Shown piece by piece: positions 41,652-51,170 of a stretch of DNA of 64,000 nucleotides. The notes below the pieces were generated by a model. That model worked only from the letters and a program-made list of their open reading frames with translations, was not told the DNA's origin and made no database searches. Source of the DNA: Minisyncoccota bacterium (GTDB taxonomy: Bacteria; Patescibacteriota; Minisyncoccia; Phycocordibacterales; UBA918); NCBI GenBank assembly GCA_041389025.1, contig JAWKSP010000001.1:414663-478662 (forward strand). Reading direction: 5' to 3'. Every line of letters begins with the position of its first letter. Positions within the stretch are counted from its first letter, which is position 1. The translations under genes were made by a program, and so were the position numbers.

Positions 41652-42524
41652 ATGTCACAGGAGATACAAGAGAGAATTGTGGAAATTGAAGCAAAGATGC
41701 TTTTGCCGACTTTTTGGAATGATCCTAAAGAGGCGCAGGCAATGATAAAGGAGTTGCAAGAACTGAAGGATCGGGTAGAGGGTAAAGGAAAGTATGACAG
41801 AAATAATGCGGTAATAACTATCGTGGCTGGAGCAGGAGGGGATGATGCGGAAGATTTTGCGCGGATGTTGGTCGAAATGTATCAGGGTTTTGCGACTAGA
41901 AAAAATTGGCAGTCGGTAGTCATTGATAGTAATACCAATGACCATAATGGTTATAGGAACATCACTTTTGAAGCACAAGGCAAAGATGCTTATGGAATCT
42001 TGAAGAAAGAATCCGGTGTACACCGTTTGGTACGTATCTCACCTTTTAACAGTAATGGAAAGAGGCAGACCTCTTTTGTTTTGGTGGAGATTTCACCACA
42101 GATTGAAGACTTGAGTGAGGTTGAACTGAAAGATGAGGATATAGAAGTAAGCTTTGCTCGCTCCGGTGGAGCCGGTGGACAAAATGTAAACAAGCGAGAG
42201 ACAGCGGTGAGAATAGTACATAAGCCAACTAATATTTCAGTGCACGTGTCTTCAGAAAGATCGCAACAACAAAATCGTGAGCTCGGTCTTGCACTTTTGG
42301 CTGGTAAATTATTTTCTTTCTATGAGGAACAGAGAGCGAGAGAGATGCGTGGATTGTCGATTGAAAAATCAGTAAAAATTGAATGGGGGAGTCAGATTCG
42401 TTCGTATGTTCTTCATCCTTATCAGTTGGTAAAAGATCACAGGACTGGAGTAGAGGTAAGAAATGTAGAACAGGTTTTAGCCGGTGATATTGATGAGTTT
42501 ATAAAGGCGGAGTTGGAAGAGTAG
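41652..42524 (+). CDS. prfB: Peptide chain release factor 2 (short form)
   Basis: [33 protein letters not shown]. Confidence 0.95.
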   Translation: MSQEIQERIVEIEAKMLLPTFWNDPKEAQAMIKELQELKDRVEGKGKYDRNNAVITIVAGAGGDDAEDFARMLVEMYQGFATRKNWQSVVIDSNTNDHNGYRNITFEAQGKDAYGILKKESGVHRLVRISPFNSNGKRQTSFVLVEISPQIEDLSEVELKDEDIEVSFARSGGAGGQNVNKRETAVRIVHKPTNISVHVSSERSQQQNRELGLALLAGKLFSFYEEQRAREMRGLSIEKSVKIEWGSQIRSYVLHPYQLVKDHRTGVEVRNVEQVLAGDIDEFIKAELEE

Positions 42525-42528
42525 GGTA

Positions 42529-42589
42529 AGAATTAAAAGACATGGCGGACGAAAACCAAAGGTTTTCACCCGCCATGTCTTTTAATTCT
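42529..42589. repeat. Near-perfect palindrome, 29-bp arms (2 mismatches)
   Basis: agaattaaaagacatggcggacgaaaacc-aaa-ggttttcacccgccatgtcttttaattct. Confidence 0.9.
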
Positions 42590-42652
42590 CGCTTCATTAT
42601 TTTCACCTACCAAAAATTAGCTCTGATTAAATATCATGATATAATATTTTTC

Positions 42653-43336
42653 ATGATTTACTTTGATAATGTTTCTAAATTATACGCTGATGGTCGTTCA
42701 GCGGCCATTCAAGAAGTGACTTTTCAAGTCGCACCAAAAGAGTTTGTCTCAATCGTTGGTCATTCTGGAGCAGGTAAGACGACACTCCTTAAGATGATTA
42801 TTGCCGAAGATAGACCAAGTCACGGACAAGTTTTTTTTGAATCAATTGATGTACACAAGATTCCTCGTACTAAACTACCTCATTATCGTCGAAAAATTGG
42901 AACCGTTTTTCAGGACTTCAAACTTTTACCTAATAAAACCGCTTACGAAAATATTGCATTTGCTATGGAAGCCAACGGTCGAACCGATGAAGAAATAGCT
43001 GAAAACGTACCGCAAGCTTTAGCTTTGGTAGATCTTGATGATAAAGCTTTTAATTTTCCCAATGAGCTGTCTGGAGGAGAAAAGCAGAGAGTAGCGATTG
43101 CTCGAGCGATTGTAAATCAGCCAGATATTATAGTGGCTGACGAGCCGACCGGAAATCTTGATCCAATTGCCACTTATGAGGTGGTACAGATTTTAAGAAA
43201 AATAAACGATCTAGGTACCACTGTCATCATGACTACTCACAATAAAGGGGTGATCGATGAACTTGGTCGTCGTGTGATTACCATGGATGAAGGTCGGATA
43301 GTAAGGGATGACGTAAACGGTAAGTACGTATTATAA
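42653..43336 (+). CDS. ftsE: Cell division ATP-binding protein FtsE
   Basis: GHSGAGKT, VFQDFKLL, LSGGEKQRV, DEPTGNLD; precedes ftsX. Confidence 0.95.
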   Translation: MIYFDNVSKLYADGRSAAIQEVTFQVAPKEFVSIVGHSGAGKTTLLKMIIAEDRPSHGQVFFESIDVHKIPRTKLPHYRRKIGTVFQDFKLLPNKTAYENIAFAMEANGRTDEEIAENVPQALALVDLDDKAFNFPNELSGGEKQRVAIARAIVNQPDIIVADEPTGNLDPIATYEVVQILRKINDLGTTVIMTTHNKGVIDELGRRVITMDEGRIVRDDVNGKYVL

Positions 43337-43344
43337 TAGTAACT

Positions 43345-44271
43345 ATGTTGACCGCGATTCGTAGAATTACTCGAGCTGGATTTATTGGTTTTTGGCGTAG
43401 TGCTTATGTCTCTTTAGCCTCTATTTTTGTTTTAACTATCACTTTATTTGTGGTTGGTTCAACAATGTTTGTCGATCAGTTGCTTACTACTTCACTTAAA
43501 ACTATTCAAGAAAAAGTTGATATTAACGTCTACTTTGAGCCAACCGCTAATCAAGAAGATGTAGATACGATAAGAACTGCTATCGAAGCTTTTCCAGATG
43601 TTGAACAGGTGACTTATGTTTCTCGGGAAGAGGTTTTAGCTAAATATAGAGAAGAAAATCAAAATGACGAGACAGCTTTAATCGCCCTTGAAGAGTTGGA
43701 CGAAAATCCATTTGGCGCCACTATCGCTATTAGGGCTAAAAATACCACTCAGTATGAAAGTATAGCGCGGTTTATTATGGAACAACAAGAAACCATTTCA
43801 CCGCAAAACCCACCGGTTATTGATGAAGTAAACTATGAGGATAGTAAAGCTTCTATCGATACACTAACTTCTATTATCGATACAGTAGAAAGAGCTAGTT
43901 ATGTGATTTTGATAGTGATGATTGTAGCGGCGATTTTGATAACTTTTAACACTATCAGATTGGCTATTTATACCGCTCGTGAAGAAATCGCTATTATGCG
44001 TTTAGTTGGTGCTTCTAATATGTTTATTCGTGGTCCGTTTATGGTGCAAGGTATGATGTATGGTTTGGCCGCTGGAGTATTTACGATTTTGTTGTTCTAT
44101 CCGATTTTATCTTGGCTTGGTCCAAAAACCGAAGAATTTTTTGATGGTTTCAATTTGTTCTCTTATTTTGTTTCCAATTTTAGTGATATCTTTTTATTGC
44201 TAGTCGGGGTTGGTATTGTACTTGGTTTGATTTCCAGCTTGTTAGCAATTGCTAGATATTTGCGAGTTTAG
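43345..44271 (+). CDS. ftsX: Cell division permease FtsX
   Basis: FNTIRLAIY..REEIAIMRLVGAS..FIRGPF. Confidence 0.95.
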   Translation: MLTAIRRITRAGFIGFWRSAYVSLASIFVLTITLFVVGSTMFVDQLLTTSLKTIQEKVDINVYFEPTANQEDVDTIRTAIEAFPDVEQVTYVSREEVLAKYREENQNDETALIALEELDENPFGATIAIRAKNTTQYESIARFIMEQQETISPQNPPVIDEVNYEDSKASIDTLTSIIDTVERASYVILIVMIVAAILITFNTIRLAIYTAREEIAIMRLVGASNMFIRGPFMVQGMMYGLAAGVFTILLFYPILSWLGPKTEEFFDGFNLFSYFVSNFSDIFLLLVGVGIVLGLISSLLAIARYLRV

Positions 44272-44284
44272 AGTTTGGTTTGTT

Positions 44285-45958
44285 ATGGTGCAAAAAACTA
44301 AAGTGAAGAAAAATAAAAAAATAAAAAAGCAAGACACCAAATATTTATTTGTAGTTGGGGGTGTGATGAGTGGAGTTGGTAAAGGAGTGACTTCTTCTAC
44401 AGTAGCTCATCTTTTGCAGGCTCGTGGTCTTAAGGTGACAGCAATGAAGATTGATCCATATATAAATGTTGATGCCGGCACTATGAATCCAACTGAACAT
44501 GGAGAGGTTTTCGTACTCAAAGATGGTCTTGAGACCGACCAAGACATGGGTAATTATGAAAGATTCTTAAATACTGACTTGCCAGCTATCAATTACATGA
44601 CCACTGGTAGTGTTTATTTATCAGTTATAGAAAAAGAAAGGAACCTTGGTTACGAAGGAAAAAATGTACAAGTAGTACCAGATATTCCCTTAGAAGTAAT
44701 TTCCCGTATAAAAAAAGCCGCTAAAGTAGCTGAGGCTGATGTGGTGATCGTGGAGGTGGGGGGAACTATTGGTGAATATGAAAATATTCTTTTTTTAGAA
44801 GCGATTCGCATGATGCGAATTGAGGAGCCGGAAAATGTTGGGGTAATTATGGTTAGTTACCTACCAGTACCAGGAAGTATTGGTGAAATGAAGACTAAGC
44901 CGACTCAGCATGCTGCTAGAACTTTAGGTAGCGCTGGAGTGTTTGCTGATATGATAATTGCCAGAAGTCCAGTCGAGATAGATGATAAGAGAAAGGAGAA
45001 AATCGCAACTTTTTGCGGAGTGAAGAAGGAACACGTTATTTCAGCACCCGATTTAGATAGCATATATGATATTCCACTGAACTTTGAAAAAGATAGTTTT
45101 TCAGAGAAACTTTGCAATATCCTAGGTTTGTCAATTAAGAAACCAGCTGATTTATCAGCTTGGAAAAAATTTGTAGCTAAGTCTAAAAAAGGTAATGATA
45201 AAGTAAAGATTGCCGTGATAGGAAAGTATTTTCAGTCAGGTGATTTTGTTTTGTCGGATGTCTACTTATCAGTTTTGGAAGCCATTAAATATTCGGCTTA
45301 TTCACTGCGTTTAACACCAGAAATTACCTATTTATCTTCAAGTGATTTTGCGGATAAAAAACAACTAAAACAGTTAGATCAGTACGCTGGAATTTTAGTG
45401 CCAGGAGGGTTTGGTGCTACCGGTATAGATGGTAAGCTTAGTGTAATTGAGTATGTACGTAAAAAGAAAATTCCGTATTTCGGAATTTGTTATGGAATGC
45501 AGTTGGCTGTACTTGAATATGCTAAAAATGTTTTAAAATTAGAAGCTAGTACAGCTGAGATTGATAATCAAGCTAAGCATCTGGTGGTTGATATTATGCC
45601 TGAACAAAAAGAACTGATTAAAAAAGGAAAATTGGGAGGAACTATGCGTCTTGGTGAGTATGAAGCAGTAATCAAGAAAGGCACACAGGCTTATAAAGCT
45701 TATAAGTCAGAGAAGATTATTGAGCGTCACCGCCATCGTTATGAGATAAATGGGGAATACATTGCAAGATTAGAAGATAAGGGAATGATTTTTTCTGGTA
45801 CTTCAGCCGACAAACGATTGATGGAAATAGTTGAGCTACCAACCACTACACATCCGTTTTTTGTTGGGGTACAGTTTCATCCAGAGTTGATAGCGAGACC
45901 TTTAAGGCCACATCCACTTTTTACTGCTTTTATTAAAGCGGCATACGAAACAAAATAA
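44285..45958 (+). CDS. pyrG: CTP synthase
   Basis: GGVMSGVGKG, KIDPYINVDAGTM, PGGFG, GICYGMQ, ERHRHRYE, QFHPE. Confidence 0.98.
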   Translation: MVQKTKVKKNKKIKKQDTKYLFVVGGVMSGVGKGVTSSTVAHLLQARGLKVTAMKIDPYINVDAGTMNPTEHGEVFVLKDGLETDQDMGNYERFLNTDLPAINYMTTGSVYLSVIEKERNLGYEGKNVQVVPDIPLEVISRIKKAAKVAEADVVIVEVGGTIGEYENILFLEAIRMMRIEEPENVGVIMVSYLPVPGSIGEMKTKPTQHAARTLGSAGVFADMIIARSPVEIDDKRKEKIATFCGVKKEHVISAPDLDSIYDIPLNFEKDSFSEKLCNILGLSIKKPADLSAWKKFVAKSKKGNDKVKIAVIGKYFQSGDFVLSDVYLSVLEAIKYSAYSLRLTPEITYLSSSDFADKKQLKQLDQYAGILVPGGFGATGIDGKLSVIEYVRKKKIPYFGICYGMQLAVLEYAKNVLKLEASTAEIDNQAKHLVVDIMPEQKELIKKGKLGGTMRLGEYEAVIKKGTQAYKAYKSEKIIERHRHRYEINGEYIARLEDKGMIFSGTSADKRLMEIVELPTTTHPFFVGVQFHPELIARPLRPHPLFTAFIKAAYETK

Positions 45959-45960
45959 TT

Positions 45961-46386
45961 ATGGCTAGCTGGGCAATATACGCATTATTAGCTGCTTTCT
46001 TTGCTTCTTTGGTGGCAATTTTCGGTAAAATTGGAGTGAAGGATGTCGATAGTAATTTAGCGGTGGCAATTCGTACGGTTGTTATCTTATTTTTTGCTTG
46101 GGGTATAGTCCTAATACAAGGTAACGCTTCCGACATGTTTAAAATTTCTAAGTATTCGATGACCTTTATTGTACTATCGGCATTGGCAACCGGAGCTTCA
46201 TGGATGTTTTACTACAAAGCTTTGCAATTGGGCGAAGTGTCTAAAGTGGTACCGATTGATAAATTTAGTATCGTTCTCACTATTCTGATGGCTTTTATCA
46301 TCCTCGGAGAGAAGCCGACTTTGGGTACGGTGCTTGGTGGACTTTTGGTGACGGCTGGGGTGTTTGTAACTATTTATATAAAGTAA
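45961..46386 (+). CDS. EamA/DMT family transporter
   Basis: Five TM segments, FYYKALQLGEVSKVVPIDK. Confidence 0.85.
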   Translation: MASWAIYALLAAFFASLVAIFGKIGVKDVDSNLAVAIRTVVILFFAWGIVLIQGNASDMFKISKYSMTFIVLSALATGASWMFYYKALQLGEVSKVVPIDKFSIVLTILMAFIILGEKPTLGTVLGGLLVTAGVFVTIYIK

Positions 46387-46441
46387 ATTACTTCTGAATT
46401 AGGTGATTCTTTTACTTCAAATTTATTTTCAAATATGGTAG

Positions 46442-46480
46442 ATTAAGTGACGCGCGACCGAAGGTCGCACGTCACTTAAT
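46442..46480. repeat. Palindrome, 18-bp arms, GAA loop, just upstream of tRNA-Gln
   Basis: attaagtgacgcgcgacc-gaa-ggtcgcacgtcacttaat (1 mismatch). Confidence 0.9.
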
Positions 46481-46494
46481 ACAAAAAGATATAT

Positions 46495-46565
46495 TGCCAG
46501 ATCGTCTAATGGTAGGACTCCAGGTTTTGGTCCTGGCTATCTAGGTTCGAGTCCTAGTCTGGCAG
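46495..46565 (+). tRNA. tRNA-Gln (UUG)
   Basis: tgccaga/tctggca acceptor, ttTTGgt loop, ttcgagt. Confidence 0.95.
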
Positions 46566-46612
46566 CAAACGTAAAAAGGAATAGCTTTAGCTATTCCTTT
46601 TTACGTTTGCTG
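46563..46612. repeat. Perfect palindrome, 24-bp arms, overlapping tRNA-Gln 3' end
   Basis: cagcaaacgtaaaaaggaatagct-tt-agctattcctttttacgtttgctg. Confidence 0.95.
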
Positions 46613-46642
46613 GCTATATGGGACTAATATCGCATTATAATT

Positions 46643-47641
46643 TTACTGCCAAGTGAACTCTCTGTTAGTAAAGTTTAGTCTACCGACTGAACAGCTGTCG
46701 CTGTTTGGTAGGGTAACTTCCGGACTATTGTAGACATTTCCGTTTTGGTCAGTGAGTCGGACAGTGGTTGGGTGTTCTAGAGGTATGGCGTTCCAAATTT
46801 TATGATCATTTTGTAAGATATTGTTTCCTAAAACTTTATTTTCTTCCGGATAAGAAATGCTAACTTTTACCGGAATATCAGAGCTCAAAAGTAGAGTGGC
46901 GGCCGGCCATAATGGTATGTTGCCAAGTTCGATGTCTGTTTTTGTTATAGGATTTATTAATAGATCACCAGGTTTAAAGTCAAACAAGACAGCTTTTAAA
47001 CGAAGGCTGTCATCAGGGTTTCGACTAATGGACGTAAAGCCCCAATTTTGAAAATAACAACCAGTAGTGTAGTTGGTGTAAAGGGTGCTGACTTGATCTA
47101 TTTCAGTAGTGTTACTGGTAAAAGAAAAATCTCCAGAGCTTGATGATTCGGTAATAATAGTGTTCATACCAATTTCTGGATCCCAAATACGAACATTAGA
47201 TATTGGAGCTTTAGTTATACCATTTATAAATTTACCACTAATGTTTACTTCACTTAAATCCGGTAAAGGTTCCGGTTCCGGTTCTGGTGGCTCGGTATCC
47301 TGACAAGTGCCATTAAATTCACGTATAAAATTTCCACTGTTACCAAGCATACAGTAAGCAACTGTTTCTTCAGTACAACTCATTGTTTCCATGGCAAAAG
47401 TACCACTGGTATTGGGGTTGGCGTTTTGTATACAAGCAGAAAAGGCGTTAGTTCCAGCATTATCTTTTAAAACTTTTATTTTATTTTTCGTGCCTTGATC
47501 ATAACAAGGTCTAATATCTGTGGTTGTACAACCGTCATCGGAAGAAAGTATTTCAAGATTAGGAAACGAAACAGCGGCTGCCAATAGCCCTGCGGGTATA
47601 AGGACGTATAAAATTCTAATATTGCTTAAGAAACCAAACAT
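46643..47641 (-). CDS. Exported hypothetical protein (Cys-rich domain, PE linker, beta-sandwich)
   Basis: Hydrophobic N-terminus, EPPEPEPEP linker, ISGKFIN..TKAPISNV (carboxypeptidase-regulatory-like); start uncertain. Confidence 0.6.
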   Translation of the reverse strand: MFGFLSNIRILYVLIPAGLLAAAVSFPNLEILSSDDGCTTTDIRPCYDQGTKNKIKVLKDNAGTNAFSACIQNANPNTSGTFAMETMSCTEETVAYCMLGNSGNFIREFNGTCQDTEPPEPEPEPLPDLSEVNISGKFINGITKAPISNVRIWDPEIGMNTIITESSSSGDFSFTSNTTEIDQVSTLYTNYTTGCYFQNWGFTSISRNPDDSLRLKAVLFDFKPGDLLINPITKTDIELGNIPLWPAATLLLSSDIPVKVSISYPEENKVLGNNILQNDHKIWNAIPLEHPTTVRLTDQNGNVYNSPEVTLPNSDSCSVGRLNFTNREFTWQ

Positions 47642-47755
47642 AATTATTAATTTATTTTTTATCAAACTCTTTATTATTGTACTAGAATAAATCTTTTACT
47701 TAGTATAATTTTGTGCACATTTAATTTATTTATTAGTTTAAATAGATAGTAAATT

Positions 47756-47920
47756 CTAGTGAGTTAATTTAAAACCAATGTAAATACCGGCTAAAGCTCC
47801 TAAGCCATTAAAAATAATGGTTGACATAGAAAAGCCATAAGCACCCCAAAGTAAAGGTAGATAGCCACCTAGCCAGCCACCAACCATAGCAAATAACCAA
47901 ATTGTTCTTTTTGACTCCAT
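47756..47920 (-). CDS. Small Gly-rich membrane protein
   Basis: MESKRTIWLFAMVGGWLGGYLPLLWG...; TATAAT 7 nt before ATG. Confidence 0.65.
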   Translation of the reverse strand: MESKRTIWLFAMVGGWLGGYLPLLWGAYGFSMSTIIFNGLGALAGIYIGFKLTH

Positions 47921-48035
47921 GATAAATATTATACACCTTAATAATTGTAAATAATTACATATTGTATAAATAATCAACCAAAAAATATTTTGGTTGATTA
48001 ACTATTTAAAAGAAAACTGGTAAAATGGTCTGATT

Positions 48036-48434
48036 ATGAAAAGTCTAGCAAAAACATTTATTGGTAACTTGATGTTAGTAGCTTTTGTTAGTACTTTATT
48101 TTTTAGTCTATTTCATGGATTGGTTGGTATGAATATGGGTGAAAATACAAGCAGTTGTCTTTTTATGTCACACGAGGAGGTGGTTTGTCCGATGAGTTTG
48201 TTTGACCATATTAAGGCTTGGCAAACAAGCTTTCTCTCGGTGATGCCTGCCTATGTTTCTTTATTAACTTTCTTTGTTTTTGTTTATTTTGAGAAAGCTC
48301 CTAACTTATTATTTAAAATTAAGCTTTGGCTTCTTTCTATACCGATAAAAATAGATATTGAAAAATATTCAATAATTAAATTATTTCAAGAATTATTTTC
48401 AGATGGAATCTTACATCCAAAGCTTTTTAATTGA
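48036..48434 (+). CDS. Hypothetical membrane protein upstream of copper oxidase
   Basis: CLFMSH..VCPMS..DHI..WQ, C-terminal LFSDGILHPKLF. Confidence 0.65.
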   Translation: MKSLAKTFIGNLMLVAFVSTLFFSLFHGLVGMNMGENTSSCLFMSHEEVVCPMSLFDHIKAWQTSFLSVMPAYVSLLTFFVFVYFEKAPNLLFKIKLWLLSIPIKIDIEKYSIIKLFQELFSDGILHPKLFN

Positions 48435-48475
48435 CGATACTTTTTTGTTTTATAAGTAAATTAAAATTATATTTT

Positions 48476-50125
48476 ATGAAATATGTGTTAAGTATTGCAA
48501 TTGTTGTTTTTATTATCAGTGTAATATCTTGGTGGGGACAAAAAGATAAACTAGAGACTCAGTTCAGTTTTTCTAACATTGGTATTGAAGATGATTTAAC
48601 TGAATTACCAAAAATAGCTATCGATACAGTTAAACCAACTGAAATAGTTGAGTTAAAAGATGGAGATATTTTTAACTTAACTGCTTCTGTTGTACGACAA
48701 GAGGTTGGTAATAGGGTGGTTAAAAGATTGGCTTATAACGGACAGATTCCTGGACCAATTATAAAAGTACAAAAAGGCTCAAAGGTCACTATTAATTTTA
48801 AAAATAATATTGACATGGAAACTTCAGTACACTCACATGGTCTTAGGGGTGATTGGCAAATGGACGGAGCAGTACCGATAGTTCCAGCGGTAAAAGTCGG
48901 TGAGACTTTTAGTTATGAATTAGAGTTTCCTGACACTGGTGTGTTCTGGTATCATCCTCATGTACGTGAAGACTACCAACAGGAACTTGGTCTCTATGGT
49001 AATTTTATTGTTGAAGAAGAAAATTATTGGAATAAGGCAGATAAAGAAGAGTATTTAATTTTTGACGATATTTTAACTGATGGAAAATTTAGTTCTGAGC
49101 GAGTAACTAATACACTGATGGGCCGTTACGGTGATACTTTTTTGATAAATGATAATAAAAATTACAATCTTTCTCTAAAGCAAGGTGAGATTAACCGTTT
49201 ATTCATTACTAATGTTGCTAATACCAGAACTTTTGATTTGTCTTTTCCGAAGTCGCAAATGAAATTAGTTGGTGGTGACTTGGGAAGAATTGAAAAAGAA
49301 GTGATGGTTGACGGTGTTATTATTGCTCCAGCAGAAAGATATGTAGTTGAGCTTTATTATTCTGAGGCTGGAGTCTATGATATTACACATAGAGGTAAAA
49401 AGATCGGTATTGTGACAGTGAAAGATGGTGAGTTAGATCGGAAAAGTGAGTTTATTCAGTTACGTGATAATGATGACTATGCTGACTTAAGAAATAAATT
49501 TAGTACTTTTTTAAACAGTGAACCAGATAAGAGGCTTAGGTTAGATATTGTCATGAAAGGAATGGTGGGAAATATGGCAGTTATGCATGGTCAGAATAAT
49601 AATGATGACATTATAAATTTAATGGGAGTAGAGATGACTAGAGAAGGGGCGATTGAGCATTGTAGAATGATGCCACAAATGGCTGGTTGTGAACCGTATC
49701 TAGATAATAATACTGAGAAATATAATGATGGTATTGAGTGGGAAGATGATATGGCAATGATGAATAGTATAAGTACAGATGAGACTTTGGAATGGGTGAT
49801 TGAAGATGAGATAACTAGAAAGCGAAACAGTGATATTGATTGGTCTTTCAAACAGGGTGACTTAGTTAAAGTTAGGGTTTACAATGATGAAAATGGTATG
49901 CATCCAATGCAGCATCCACTTCACTTTCATGGGCAAAGGTTTGTGGTTTTAAGTAGAAACGGTGTATCTAATGATAATTTACAATGGAAAGATACTGTTC
50001 TTATTCCAAGAGGAGAAACAGTTGATCTTCTGATTGATATGAGCAACCTAGGAAAATGGATGGCGCATTGTCATATTGCTGAGCATTTACACTCCGGTAT
50101 GATGTTTGGTTTTTCGGTTGAATAA
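48476..50125 (+). CDS. Multicopper oxidase (CueO/CopA-like)
   Basis: HSHG, WYHPH, HPLHFHG, HCHIAEHLHSGM. Confidence 0.95.
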   Translation: MKYVLSIAIVVFIISVISWWGQKDKLETQFSFSNIGIEDDLTELPKIAIDTVKPTEIVELKDGDIFNLTASVVRQEVGNRVVKRLAYNGQIPGPIIKVQKGSKVTINFKNNIDMETSVHSHGLRGDWQMDGAVPIVPAVKVGETFSYELEFPDTGVFWYHPHVREDYQQELGLYGNFIVEEENYWNKADKEEYLIFDDILTDGKFSSERVTNTLMGRYGDTFLINDNKNYNLSLKQGEINRLFITNVANTRTFDLSFPKSQMKLVGGDLGRIEKEVMVDGVIIAPAERYVVELYYSEAGVYDITHRGKKIGIVTVKDGELDRKSEFIQLRDNDDYADLRNKFSTFLNSEPDKRLRLDIVMKGMVGNMAVMHGQNNNDDIINLMGVEMTREGAIEHCRMMPQMAGCEPYLDNNTEKYNDGIEWEDDMAMMNSISTDETLEWVIEDEITRKRNSDIDWSFKQGDLVKVRVYNDENGMHPMQHPLHFHGQRFVVLSRNGVSNDNLQWKDTVLIPRGETVDLLIDMSNLGKWMAHCHIAEHLHSGMMFGFSVE

Positions 50126-50238
50126 TAAAATTAGTTTCTAAAAGATAGTATTAAACTTAAAAACAAAATCCCTTTTAGGGATTTTGTTTTTTTATTGATA
50201 GTGTATATGTAGTTAATGATCTTTGTTATACTAATTTT

Positions 50239-50622
50239 ATGAAAACTATTTTAGTTGATGCAATTTATTGTTTTGTATCGGATCAGGGTGAGGTGTTTCA
50301 GGAAATGTATGAGCTTTTGGAAACTTATCCAAATCCGAAAATTCTTCTGACCGGTGCCGATGATGAGCAATTTAAAAAATGGAATTTGACCGCCATGCCC
50401 TATGAAGTGTTTACACTTAAACATAATCCAGAAAAGACTAGTCCTGAATATTATAAAACTATGTTAGCTAAGTTTAATCTTAAGTCTGACGAAGTGATTT
50501 ACTTTGAGCATAATATTGAGGCGGTAAAAAGCGCTGAATCAATTGGTATAAAATCTTATTTTTATGATGATGGTACTAAAGACTTGGTTGGACTTAAAAA
50601 TTTTTTAGATACTAATTTATAG
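50239..50622 (+). CDS. Minimal HAD-like hydrolase
   Basis: ILVDA, HNPEKTSPEYY, YFEHNIEAVKSAESIGI. Confidence 0.7.
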   Translation: MKTILVDAIYCFVSDQGEVFQEMYELLETYPNPKILLTGADDEQFKKWNLTAMPYEVFTLKHNPEKTSPEYYKTMLAKFNLKSDEVIYFEHNIEAVKSAESIGIKSYFYDDGTKDLVGLKNFLDTNL

Positions 50623-50688
50623 GTATACCAAATATATAATGGTAGATTCACAAGATTCTGTTATCTTTATTTGTGTTATACTCACTTT

Positions 50689-51123
50689 ATGTCAAAAGAA
50701 TTTGTAGTTAGATGCCGAGCGATTATTATGCACGAAGGTAAGTTGTTAGTAGTGAGACATGTTCACGATACTTCGTATATGTGCTTGCCGGGTGGTCATT
50801 TGGAGTTTGGAGAAGATATTATTTCTTGTATGAAACGAGAAATTGTAGAGGAGTTAGGAATAGAGCCTGAAGTTGGACAATTGCTTTATGTAAATACATT
50901 TACGGTTGGTGATATAAAGCAACCGGTAGAATTTTTCTTTGCGGTCAAAAATTCAGCTGATTATCTTAAGATAGGCGAAAACGAAAGAACTCATGCTCAT
51001 GAGTTGGAAGATTTCGAATGGATTGATCCGACTACTGAAGAAAGGCTGTTACCTGAAAAATTTGCTGAGGAATTTCGGGCAGGTCATATTGATCTTGATA
51101 AGACTAAATTTTTGATGGGTTAA
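50689..51123 (+). CDS. NUDIX hydrolase
   Basis: Nudix box LPGGHLEFGE..CMKREIVEELGI. Confidence 0.9.
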   Translation: MSKEFVVRCRAIIMHEGKLLVVRHVHDTSYMCLPGGHLEFGEDIISCMKREIVEELGIEPEVGQLLYVNTFTVGDIKQPVEFFFAVKNSADYLKIGENERTHAHELEDFEWIDPTTEERLLPEKFAEEFRAGHIDLDKTKFLMG

Positions 51124-51170
51124 ATATAAAGATTTGTAAATACGTTTGACAACTCTGGTATGATTAAAGC

